A DNA stretch of 64,000 nucleotides, from positions 67,385-131,384 of the forward strand of contig CAWEUZ010000005.1 of assembly GCA_963812435.1 (NCBI GenBank), in the 5' to 3' direction. Origin of the DNA: an uncultured Actinomycetes bacterium (GTDB lineage: Bacteria; Actinomycetota; Thermoleophilia; Solirubrobacterales; Solirubrobacteraceae). The notes beneath the pieces were generated by a model. It was not told the origin of the DNA, searched no databases, and saw nothing but the letters and a program-made list of their open reading frames with translations. A program made the position numbers and the translations under genes. The first letter of the stretch is position 1. Each line of letters begins with the position of its first letter. Of this stretch, positions 8,075-16,167 are shown in pieces.

Positions 8075-9139
8075 GTGAACGTCGCCATGCTGGCTCCGCC
8101 CTGGATCGCCGTGCCGCCGTCCGGGTACGGGGGCGTGGAGACGGTGGTCAGCGTGCTCACGGAGGCGCTCGTGCGGCGGGGCCACGACGTGACGCTGTTC
8201 TGCGCGCCGGGGTCCGCCTCCAGCGCAGACGTCGTCCCGCTGCTCGCCGGCTCCCACCCGGACGAGATCGAGCGCTCGCTCTACGAGGCCGACCACGTCG
8301 CCCGCGCGTTCGACGAGATCGAGCTCGCGTCGCCGCGCTTCGACGTCGTCCACGACCACTGCGGCTTCACCGCGCTCGCGATGGCGGACCGCCTCGCGAC
8401 GCCCTTCGTCCACACCCTGCACGGGCAGTTCACCGCCGCGACCGCCGCCTTCTACGCCCACCACGGCCACAAGGCCGCGCTCGTGCCGATCAGCCGGGCG
8501 CAGCTCGCGTCGGCACCGCCGGGGCTGGAGGCGTCGGAGCCGATCCCCAACCCGATCGACGTGCAGGCCTGGCCGCTGCGCGAGCGCAAGGACGACTACC
8601 TGCTGTGGGTCGGGCGGATCACGGCCGAGAAGGGCCCGCACCGCGCGATCGCCGCCGCGCGCGCCGCGGGCGTGCCGCTCGTGCTGGCCGGCGTGGTCCA
8701 GCCCCGCCAGCGGGCGTTCTTCGAGCGCGAGGTCGCGCCGCACGTCGACGGCGAGCGCGTGCGGTTCGTCGGCGAGGTCGGCGGTGCGACGAAGCGCTCG
8801 CTGTTCGCCGGCGCGCGCGCACTGCTGATGCCGATCCGCTGGCGCGAGCCGTTCGGCATGGTGATGGTCGAGGCGCTGAGCTGCGGAACCCCGGTGATCG
8901 CCTTCCCGGAAGGGGCCGCGGCAGAGCTCGTCGTCGAGGGGACGACCGGCTTCCTCGTCGAGGACGAGGAAGCGATGGCCGCGGCGGTCGGCCGGCTGTC
9001 CGAGATCGCCCCGCGCGACTGCCGCGCCTGGGTCGCGCTGCACTGCGACGTCGACGTCGTCGCCGCCGCGTACGAGCAGGCGTACCGCGCGGCGATGCGG
9101 CCCGAAGCCGAGACGGCCGCGGTGGCGCTGCGTGTCTGA
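8075..9139 (+). CDS. glycosyltransferase family 4 (GT-B, retaining)
   Basis: The N-terminus is VAMLAPPWIAVPPSGYGGVETVV. The C-terminal E-X7-E region is MVMVEALSCGTPVIAFPEGAAAELVVEGTTGFLV. Confidence 0.85.
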   Translation: MNVAMLAPPWIAVPPSGYGGVETVVSVLTEALVRRGHDVTLFCAPGSASSADVVPLLAGSHPDEIERSLYEADHVARAFDEIELASPRFDVVHDHCGFTALAMADRLATPFVHTLHGQFTAATAAFYAHHGHKAALVPISRAQLASAPPGLEASEPIPNPIDVQAWPLRERKDDYLLWVGRITAEKGPHRAIAAARAAGVPLVLAGVVQPRQRAFFEREVAPHVDGERVRFVGEVGGATKRSLFAGARALLMPIRWREPFGMVMVEALSCGTPVIAFPEGAAAELVVEGTTGFLVEDEEAMAAAVGRLSEIAPRDCRAWVALHCDVDVVAAAYEQAYRAAMRPEAETAAVALRV

Positions 9140-11114
9140 GCGCACGCTGAGCGTCCTCGACGGCAGCACGTTCCTCGTCGGCGACCGCCTCGGCGACATG
9201 CGCGCCGACGAGGGTCGCGAGCACGGGTTCTTCTCGGAGGACACGCGCTTCGTCTCGCGCTGGGTCCTGCGCGTCGACGCGGCTCCGCTGCAGCTGCTCG
9301 GCCTCGACCAGGAAGCGCACTTCGCCGCGCGCTTCTTCCTGGCCCCGGGCGTGAGCCCCGACGTCGCCGCGCCGTGCTCCGTCATGCGGCGTCGGCTCGT
9401 CGACCGCGCGTGGGTGGAGGAGGTGACGGTGACCAACCACCGCCACGAGGTCAGCGTGCTGCGCGTGACGATGGAGGTCGACGCCGACTTCGCCGACCTG
9501 TTCGAGGTCAAGGACGGCGTCGTGGCCGGGCGCGAGGTGGTGTCGCACCATGACGACCACACGCTCGTGCTGTCCTACGAGCGCGCCAGCTTCCAGCGCT
9601 CCGTCGTGATCTCCGCAACGCGCCCGGGGAGCGTCGACCGCCGCGGCTTCTCCTACACGCTGCGGCTCGCGCCCGGCGAGCGGTGGTCGACGACGTTCAC
9701 CGCGACGCCCCATTCGGCGCAGCCGGGGGCGACGTTTCCGTCGCGCGACGGGCACGCGAGCCTGGACGAGCTGACCAGGTCGAAGACGGCCGAGCTCGAC
9801 GAGTGGCTCGCCCGCGCGCCGGTGCTGGAGACGCCGAACCTGGCCCTGGCGCGCACCTATCGCGCGAGCCTGAGCGACCTCGGCGCGCTGCGGCTGCATC
9901 CCGCGCTGGCGGAGCAGGCGACGCTGCCCGCGGCGGGCCTGCCGTGGTTCATGGCGCTGTTCGGGCGCGACAGCATCCTGACCAGCTTCCAGGCGCTTCC
10001 CTACCTGCCCGGGCTCGCCGCGACGACGTTGCGCGTGCTCGCCGCGCGCCAGGCGCGGACGCGCGACGACTTCCACGAGCAGGAGCCCGGCAAGATCCTC
10101 CACGAGCTGCGCTTCGGCGAGCTGACGGCGTGCGGCGATCGACCGCACTCGCCGTACTACGGGACGGCGGACGCGACGCCGCTGTTCCTCGTGCTGCTCG
10201 ACGAGTACCACCGCTGGACGGGCGACGACCAGCTCGTGCGCGACCTCGAGCCCAACGCCCGTGCCGCGCTCGAGTGGATCGAGGACAGCGGCGACGCGGA
10301 CGGCGACGGGTACGTCGAGTACGCCCGCCGCAACCCGCTCACCGGCCTCGTCAACCAGTGCTGGAAGGACAGCTGGGACGCGATCCAGTGCGCCGACGGG
10401 ACGCTGGCCAGAGGACCGATCGCGACGTGCGAGATCCAGGGCTACGTGTACGACGCGCAGCGGCGAGCGGCTCGCCTGGCGCGCGAGGTGTGGGGCGACG
10501 CGGAGCTGGCCGAGCGGCTCGAGCGGCGCGCCGCCGACCTGCGCGCACGCTTCCAGCGCGACTTCTGGATGCCCGAGCGCGGCTGCCACGCGCTCGCGCT
10601 CGACGGCGACAAGCGCCAGGTCGACAGCCTCACGTCCAACATCGGCCACCTGCTGTGGTCGGGCCTGCTGGAGCAGAGCGAGGCCGTCGCGACCGCGGAC
10701 CGGCTGCTCGACGAGCACGAGCTGTGGTCGGGCTGGGGGGTGCGGACGCTCGGCGCCCGCGAGGCCGGCTACCACCCGCTCGGCTACCACACCGGGACCG
10801 TCTGGCCGCACGACAACTCGCTGATCGCGGCCGGTCTCGCGCGCTACGGCCAGCGAGAGGCGGCGACCGCGGTCGCCTCCGCGATCCTCGCCGCGGCACC
10901 GCACTTCGAGCATCGCCTGCCCGAGGTCTTCGGCGGCTTTCCGGCGGGGGAGACGTCGATCCCCGTGGCCTTCCCGACCGCCTCGCGACCGCAGGCGTGG
11001 GCGGCCGGCGCTCCGCTGCTGCTGCTGACCACGCTGCTCGACCTGCGCCCCGGCGACGCCGAGGCGCACGCCGAGGTTCCCGGTCCGATCGGGCGCGTCG
11101 CGCTGCGGCGCTGA
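9132..11114 (+). CDS. amylo-alpha-1,6-glucosidase / archaeal-type glycogen-debranching-enzyme family protein
   Basis: 660 aa. The N-domain LDGSTFLVGDRLGDM...GFFSEDTRFVSRW is followed by a (alpha/alpha)6 GDE_C-like region (LPWFMALFGRDS, KILHELRFGE, YYGTADATPLF, CWKDSWD, GYHTGTVWPHDN). It overlaps the GT4 gene by 8 nt. Confidence 0.85.
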   Translation: MSERTLSVLDGSTFLVGDRLGDMRADEGREHGFFSEDTRFVSRWVLRVDAAPLQLLGLDQEAHFAARFFLAPGVSPDVAAPCSVMRRRLVDRAWVEEVTVTNHRHEVSVLRVTMEVDADFADLFEVKDGVVAGREVVSHHDDHTLVLSYERASFQRSVVISATRPGSVDRRGFSYTLRLAPGERWSTTFTATPHSAQPGATFPSRDGHASLDELTRSKTAELDEWLARAPVLETPNLALARTYRASLSDLGALRLHPALAEQATLPAAGLPWFMALFGRDSILTSFQALPYLPGLAATTLRVLAARQARTRDDFHEQEPGKILHELRFGELTACGDRPHSPYYGTADATPLFLVLLDEYHRWTGDDQLVRDLEPNARAALEWIEDSGDADGDGYVEYARRNPLTGLVNQCWKDSWDAIQCADGTLARGPIATCEIQGYVYDAQRRAARLAREVWGDAELAERLERRAADLRARFQRDFWMPERGCHALALDGDKRQVDSLTSNIGHLLWSGLLEQSEAVATADRLLDEHELWSGWGVRTLGAREAGYHPLGYHTGTVWPHDNSLIAAGLARYGQREAATAVASAILAAAPHFEHRLPEVFGGFPAGETSIPVAFPTASRPQAWAAGAPLLLLTTLLDLRPGDAEAHAEVPGPIGRVALRR

Positions 11115-11124
11115 CCGGCGCGCC

Positions 11125-11616
11125 TCAGCCGAGCGCCCGGCGGCGCGCGCGGCTGCGGATCCACAGCCCGTCGGCGCCGGCCCACGCGAGGAAGCACAGC
11201 CCGCCGGCGGTCCCGGTGGCCGTCAGCAGCACCCCCGCCGCCGCGGCCGCCGCCACGCCGTCTCTGCCGAGGATCAGCACCGCGGCCGCGGCGCCGACGC
11301 TCGGCCCGACCGGCAGCTGGCCGAGCGTCACGACCGCGATCAGGACGGCGATCGCGTCGAAGAACGAGGCGTCGACGCCGACGGCGCGCAGCAGCAGCCG
11401 GCTGCGCACCAGCAGCGCGACGACCTGCAGCAGCACGGTCACGGCGAGCACCCATGCCGGTGCGGCGCCGAGCGCGGCCGCGAACTCCTCCCGGCGCCCG
11501 GCGAGAACGAGCACGAGGACCGCCGCCGTGGCGAGCGAGCCGACGACCGTGAGCAGCGTCCGATGGCGGTGCGCGAAGCCCCGGACGCGGGTGACGCTGA
11601 GGACCGCGGAGGCCAT
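11125..11616 (-). CDS. small polytopic membrane protein (flippase/LPG-synthase-TM-like, possibly truncated)
   Basis: 163 aa starting at ATG 11616, with 4-5 hydrophobic segments. The upstream part of the 388-aa track ORF is shadow sequence opposite the SET gene. Confidence 0.45.
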   Translation of the reverse strand: MASAVLSVTRVRGFAHRHRTLLTVVGSLATAAVLVLVLAGRREEFAAALGAAPAWVLAVTVLLQVVALLVRSRLLLRAVGVDASFFDAIAVLIAVVTLGQLPVGPSVGAAAAVLILGRDGVAAAAAAGVLLTATGTAGGLCFLAWAGADGLWIRSRARRRALG

Positions 11617-11670
11617 CGGGACGACGCTAGCGCGGCAGTCCCGGAACGGGGGTCCGGCAGGTTCGACGCT

Positions 11671-12273
11671 ATGCTCGCCCTTCGAGGGCGTCAACTGAAA
11701 GGGGTCCCCTTGCCCCATGTACGTCCGTCGGAACCGCCGCCCGCCACCGCGTCGCGCGGCGGCGCATCGCTCGCGGAGCCCGAGCCGAGCAGCATCCAGG
11801 TCTCCGCCGACACGGGCGTGGTGCTGCGCCGCACCGCGGACGGAAAAGGCGACGGGGTCCTGGCCACGCGCCCGTTCGCGGCCGGCGACACCGTCATGGT
11901 CGGGTTCCTCGTCGGAGCGCTGACGGGCAACGACTCGCACGCCACGCAGGTCGGCCCGAACCGCTGGGCGCGCCACGGCGGCCTGGGCCCGAAGGTCAAC
12001 CACTCCTGCGACCCGAATTGCGGCGTCCGGCTCAACGACGAGCAGGCCTTCGACTTCGTGGCCCGTTGCCCGATCGAGGCCGGGCAGGAGCTGACCTTCG
12101 ATTACGCCATGCGCAACTTCACGATCGATCACTTCCCGACCGTGTGCCTGTGCGGCGCCGCCCGCTGCCGCGTCTCGGTCACCGGCTGGAAGGACCTTCC
12201 TGCCGCGCGCAAGGCCGACTACGGCGAGCTCGTCGCGCCCTACCTGCGCGCGATGGACGAGTCGTCCGGCTGA
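11671..12273 (+). CDS. SET-domain protein (putative lysine methyltransferase)
   Basis: NHSCDPNC and ELTFDY SET signatures are present, followed by a post-SET-like CLCGAARC. The start (ATG 11671) is uncertain. Confidence 0.75.
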   Translation: MLALRGRQLKGVPLPHVRPSEPPPATASRGGASLAEPEPSSIQVSADTGVVLRRTADGKGDGVLATRPFAAGDTVMVGFLVGALTGNDSHATQVGPNRWARHGGLGPKVNHSCDPNCGVRLNDEQAFDFVARCPIEAGQELTFDYAMRNFTIDHFPTVCLCGAARCRVSVTGWKDLPAARKADYGELVAPYLRAMDESSG

Positions 12274-12318
12274 CGCGGCCGCGATCGACATCCGGTCGCG
12301 TCGGCAGGATCCCCTGCC

Positions 12319-12894
12319 GTGTCCGACCCCGACCGCGAACCGATGGCGTCAGCGCAGAGCCGGACCGCGACGCACGCCGGAACGCCGGAGTCTCGCGCGA
12401 TGTACGCCGACGTCCAGCGCGCATGGGAGATCCTCGGGCGGCTCAACGCGCTGGCGCCGGGTGACTTCGACGCCATGCGCGAGATGCTCGGCAAGCTGAC
12501 CGGCCGGGAGCTCGACGCGTCGGTGCGCGTGCTTCCGCCGTTCCATGCGGATGGCGGCCGCAACCTCCGCTTCGGTCGCAACGTGTTCGTGAATCACGGC
12601 TGCACCGCGATGGATCTCGGCGGCATCGACATCGGCGACGACGTGATGATCGGGCCGAACGTGCATCTGATCAGCTCGGGCCATCCGCTCGACCCTGCGA
12701 CCCGCCGCTCGCAGATCACGACCGCCCCGATCCGCATCGGCCGCGGCGTGTGGATCGCCGCGGGCGCCATGGTCCTACAGGGCGTCACCGTCGGCGACGA
12801 CGCCGTCGTAGCCGCGGGCGCCGTCGTCACGAAGGACGTCCCGCCCCGCACCCTCGTCGCCGGCGTCCCCGCGCAGGTCGTCCGCGCGCTCTGA
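12319..12894 (+). CDS. maltose/galactoside O-acetyltransferase-like hexapeptide-repeat acyltransferase
   Basis: The left-handed beta-helix repeats and motifs FGRNVFVNHGCTAMDLGGIDIGDDVMIGPNVHL..GHP...PIRIGRGVWIAAGAMVLQGVTVGDDAVVAAGAVV are Maa/LacA-like. The start could be 12343 or later. Confidence 0.8.
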   Translation: MSDPDREPMASAQSRTATHAGTPESRAMYADVQRAWEILGRLNALAPGDFDAMREMLGKLTGRELDASVRVLPPFHADGGRNLRFGRNVFVNHGCTAMDLGGIDIGDDVMIGPNVHLISSGHPLDPATRRSQITTAPIRIGRGVWIAAGAMVLQGVTVGDDAVVAAGAVVTKDVPPRTLVAGVPAQVVRAL

Positions 12895-12898
12895 GGGG

Positions 12899-12926
12899 TA
12901 GCGTTAGTGCAACGCTAACCGTTGCA
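12899..12926. promoter_or_regulatory. two overlapping 7-bp inverted repeats upstream of the HTH gene (candidate operator)
   Basis: TAGCGTT(12899-12905)/AACGCTA(12911-12917) and TGCAACG(12908-12914)/CGTTGCA(12920-12926). A TACAGT hexamer at 12934-12939 lies 7 nt before ATG 12947, which would fit a leaderless transcript. Confidence 0.3.
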
Positions 12927-12946
12927 TACGTGCTACAGTGCGCTGC

Positions 12947-13288
12947 ATGAAAGACCGTCTCGACACCGGGCATCACGATCGTCGACTCCAGCGTCGCCTT
13001 CGCGAAAGCCCGGAGTTCCGTGCCGAGTTCGAGCGGCAGCAGCGCGAGATCGCATCGATCGACGCGCTGATCAACAGGCTCGACGAGCTGCGCACTGAGC
13101 GCAGCCTCTCGAAAGCGGCGCTCGCTCGGGAGATCGGCAAGAACGAGGCGAGCATCCGTCGCCTGCTCACGGCGCCCGTGAATCCCGAGCTGAGGACGGT
13201 CGTGGCGATGGCCGATGCGCTCGATGCGGACATTCGCATCGTGCCGCGCAAGAGGTCTGCGGCACGGCGCAACACGCGTGTGGCGTAG
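12947..13288 (+). CDS. XRE-family HTH protein (putative antitoxin)
   Basis: LSKAALAREIGKNEASIRRLLT...LRTVVAMADALDADIRIV is an HTH_XRE-type C-terminal domain. It sits directly upstream of a RelE/Gp49-like gene. Confidence 0.65.
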   Translation: MKDRLDTGHHDRRLQRRLRESPEFRAEFERQQREIASIDALINRLDELRTERSLSKAALAREIGKNEASIRRLLTAPVNPELRTVVAMADALDADIRIVPRKRSAARRNTRVA

Positions 13289-13326
13289 CGCGCCCACGCG
13301 TCCTCACGCCGTCCTACATTCCGGCG

Positions 13327-13749
13327 ATGCCCTGGGGCGTCGTCTACTACAGAACCGCTGACGGCCGAGTTCCTGCGGACGAATTCCTCGACCGCTGCCC
13401 CGACAAGGTCGAGGCGACGATCCTGGCCGTCCTCGAGGCCGTGCGTCGAGCGCCACCTCCAGCCTTCAGCGGCGGCGGCAAGTGGGAAGCGATGCATGGC
13501 AGGATGGGCGGCTACTACGAGATCCGCGTCACCGGGCCGGGGCGTCGCCAGTACCGGCTCTTCTGCCGCCTGGAGAACGGGACGCCGGAGGAGCTGGGCC
13601 AGCGCGGTTTCGCGCAGCCACAGATCGCCGTCATCAGCGGAATGGACAAGTCGATCGGCCAGCTGTTCTCCGACGCCGACTACCGGCGTCACGTCCGCAG
13701 ACCCGCTGGGGACTATCTGAGCACGTTCCCAAGGCGGATCGCCACCTGA
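13327..13749 (+). CDS. RelE/ParE-superfamily toxin, phage Gp49-like (DUF891-like)
   Basis: VVYYRTADGRVPADEFLD...EAMHGRMGGYYEIRV...RQYRLFC...IAVISGMDK resembles HigB/Gp49-type killer proteins. Confidence 0.6.
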   Translation: MPWGVVYYRTADGRVPADEFLDRCPDKVEATILAVLEAVRRAPPPAFSGGGKWEAMHGRMGGYYEIRVTGPGRRQYRLFCRLENGTPEELGQRGFAQPQIAVISGMDKSIGQLFSDADYRRHVRRPAGDYLSTFPRRIAT

Positions 13750-13921
13750 ACAGAAGCTCTCAGCAGGTATCTGACGCGAGACGAAGTAGGTACGCCTACG
13801 CTAGGCGGCTCCATCCCGATCAGTCACTTCGCCCGCGTAGGCGACACCGCCAACTTTGCAAGGAAAGAATCGCTTAGTACCAAGCAGCTCTGTTGGTGAG
13901 GGAGACGATCATCGTCGCCGC

Positions 13922-15337
13922 TCAGTCTCCTGTCGTCGGCGGTGGAGGCGGCGGGGGCACGTAGCGTCGTCCGCCGTCTCCGGGGAGTCGACCGGAACGC
14001 CTGGCTGTCGACCCCCGGTTGAACACTCGGGGGTTCACGTAGGAGGCGGTGACCTTGAACGGCAGCGAGCGGTAACGACGCAGCGCGTGGCGCGTCTGCG
14101 GCTGCAGTCGGATGCGGACGGTCGAGCGGCCACGACGTCGAATCTGAAACACCTCGTCCTGCTCGGCCGGCCCGAGCGAGAGGTGCAAGTCGCCACCGCA
14201 GCCCAAGGGACACGCGAGCGTGACGGCGACGACGCGGCGGCCATGCGCTCGCCGCACGCCGACGATGCGCACGTCGCACGGCGGGCCATGGTACGGCGCA
14301 GCCTCGGAGGCGATCTCGCCGAGGAAGTCGTCGACGCAGTCATAGCCATACACGAGCGCCGTGTCGCCGTTCCATGCGAACGGCGGATCGAGGCGGCCCC
14401 CGACGTCGGGGAGGAGCGTGAGCGATCGGCCTGCCGCCAGGGTCGTCAGCTGCAGCGCTCCAGTTCGATCGGAGTGATAGAGCACAACGCCACCGGCGAT
14501 CGCCACCTCGTGCATGCCCGGACAGTCGACGCCCGCGACCACGTGCGGCTCAGGGGCAGACGGCGACGCCCACGCGAGCCGGCTCTGCGCGTCGCAGAAG
14601 ACGGCGGTGCCGTCCTGCTGGACGGCGATCATCGGCTGAGACCCGGGGAAGCGTCCGTTGTAGGCGTCCAGTGCGTAGAGCAGAACGCCGGTCGCGGTGG
14701 AGCGGACCTCGATGCGGGTCGTGGCGCCGGGGTCGCCGATCTCGTCCGTCGCCCGCGCGGTGGCGGTCGCGAGCACACCAGGCGCCCCGGCCATCTCGAC
14801 GACGAGCCGGTCGGGCGGTGCCGGCTCGACGCGGACGGCATCGCCGTCATGGATGCGTATGGCGGGCGCGCCCTGCCGGAATCCGCGTGGGCAGCTGAGC
14901 GCCTCGGCGACGATGTCGCCGGCGACCGCCATCGGTGTGAACGGGAGCTCGGGACTTGGTCCGCGACACTTCGCGAGCATTCGCAGCGGGCCGGTTGGCG
15001 GCCCGGCGAGCAGTCGCAGGACGGAGCCGCGCTGTACGACAAGCGCGACGAGATCGGGCGAGGCCTCGATCTGGGCGACCGATCCTGGCAGGCGCGCAAC
15101 CCGCAGCGGATGGCCGTCGGGCGTAAGGCGCCAGAGCGTCTCGCCGCTCACGTACAGGCGCGTCTCGCCGGCATACGCGGTCTCCGCGATTCCCAGCGGC
15201 GCGACGACGAGGCGCTGCAGCGGACCGTCATCCGCCGGCAACGGTTGCGCGACGGACCCCGCACACGCGCACGTGAGCACCATCAGGGCGACGATGGGCG
15301 GGAGGAGCCGGCGGAGGCCTCGACGCGGTGCGTTCAC
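13922..15337 (-). CDS. hypothetical secreted lipoprotein
   Basis: It has a signal peptide with a lipobox-like LTCAC. The 470-aa body is beta-rich and the C-terminus is a poly-Pro tail (PPPPPPPTTGD). I recognise no family. Confidence 0.55.
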   Translation of the reverse strand: MNAPRRGLRRLLPPIVALMVLTCACAGSVAQPLPADDGPLQRLVVAPLGIAETAYAGETRLYVSGETLWRLTPDGHPLRVARLPGSVAQIEASPDLVALVVQRGSVLRLLAGPPTGPLRMLAKCRGPSPELPFTPMAVAGDIVAEALSCPRGFRQGAPAIRIHDGDAVRVEPAPPDRLVVEMAGAPGVLATATARATDEIGDPGATTRIEVRSTATGVLLYALDAYNGRFPGSQPMIAVQQDGTAVFCDAQSRLAWASPSAPEPHVVAGVDCPGMHEVAIAGGVVLYHSDRTGALQLTTLAAGRSLTLLPDVGGRLDPPFAWNGDTALVYGYDCVDDFLGEIASEAAPYHGPPCDVRIVGVRRAHGRRVVAVTLACPLGCGGDLHLSLGPAEQDEVFQIRRRGRSTVRIRLQPQTRHALRRYRSLPFKVTASYVNPRVFNRGSTARRSGRLPGDGGRRYVPPPPPPPTTGD

Positions 15338-15455
15338 GGCCTCGAGGATGTCACCCGTCCGGTTTCAACGAGCCAGCTGGCAGTGCGTTGAGCGCCCCGT
15401 CGCCGCAGGTTCGCCAGTCCTTGCGAGCATGCGAATAGCATGCGATCATCAGGAT

Positions 15456-15692
15456 ATGACATCGATGATCCAGATCCGCAACGTCCCGGACGAGCTGCAT
15501 CGCGATCTCAAGGTGCGTGCGGCACGTTCTGGCATGACGCTCTCGGACTACCTGCTCGCCGAGCTGCGCTCGTTGTCGGTGCGACCGACGATGCACGAGT
15601 GGCTGGACCGCAGCGCGACGTGGGGGCCGGTCGAGGTCGGCGAGTCGCCTGCTGACGCGATCGCCGCCGAGCGCGGTCGCGGCGCTGCGTGA
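15456..15692 (+). CDS. vapB: VapB/FitA-type ribbon-helix-helix antitoxin
   Basis: MIQIRNVPDELHRDLKVRAARSGMTLSDYLLAEL is an Arc/MetJ-type RHH. Its stop overlaps the start of the PIN gene. Confidence 0.7.
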   Translation: MTSMIQIRNVPDELHRDLKVRAARSGMTLSDYLLAELRSLSVRPTMHEWLDRSATWGPVEVGESPADAIAAERGRGAA

Positions 15693-16084
15693 TCGTCGCC
15701 GACGCCAGCGCGGTGGTCGAGCTGCTGCTCGCCCGGCCCCGAGCCGGCGCGATTCGCACGGTGCTGGAGCCCCATCCGGAGCTGCACGTTCCCGAGCACT
15801 TCCACGTAGAGGTCCTTTCGGCGTTGCGGCGCTACTCGATCCGGAGAGAGCTGAGCGACCGTCGATCCGCGGTGGCCATCGGCGCGCTCGCCGAGCTGCG
15901 GGCGATCCGGTACCCCGTGATCGACCTGGCCGATGCCGTATGGGATCTGCGCCCCGTGCTGACCGCATATGACGCTGCCTATCTCGCACTGGCGCGCTGG
16001 CTCGACCTCCAGGTCGTCACGCTCGACAGCGGCCTGGCTGCCGCCGCCCGCGGGGATGGCCGACTCGTCTTGCTGCCGGAGTGA
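15689..16084 (+). CDS. vapC: VapC PIN-domain ribonuclease toxin
   Basis: MIVADASAVVELLL (Asp5), EVLSALRR, TAYDAAYLALA and VVTLD supply the PIN acidic residues in the expected order. Confidence 0.85.
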   Translation: MIVADASAVVELLLARPRAGAIRTVLEPHPELHVPEHFHVEVLSALRRYSIRRELSDRRSAVAIGALAELRAIRYPVIDLADAVWDLRPVLTAYDAAYLALARWLDLQVVTLDSGLAAAARGDGRLVLLPE

Positions 16085-16167
16085 TCCCGCTCGGGCGAGC
16101 GAAGTACACTTCCGTCGCCGTCCGCCAAACGATTTTCCACCTTTTGCCTGCAAAGGACTGATTAACC

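Noticed and set aside
8619-11069. An 816-aa ORF on the minus strand opposite the GT4 and glucosidase genes. Similar giant ORFs occur at 18124-20163(-), 27687-30467(+), 30416-33358(-), 36180-38867(+) and 45816-48896(+, N-terminal part).
   Set aside because: They are Arg/Ala/Pro/Gly-rich low-complexity translations that overlap genes with clear family signatures. These are typical stop-codon-poor shadow frames of >70% GC DNA, not genes.
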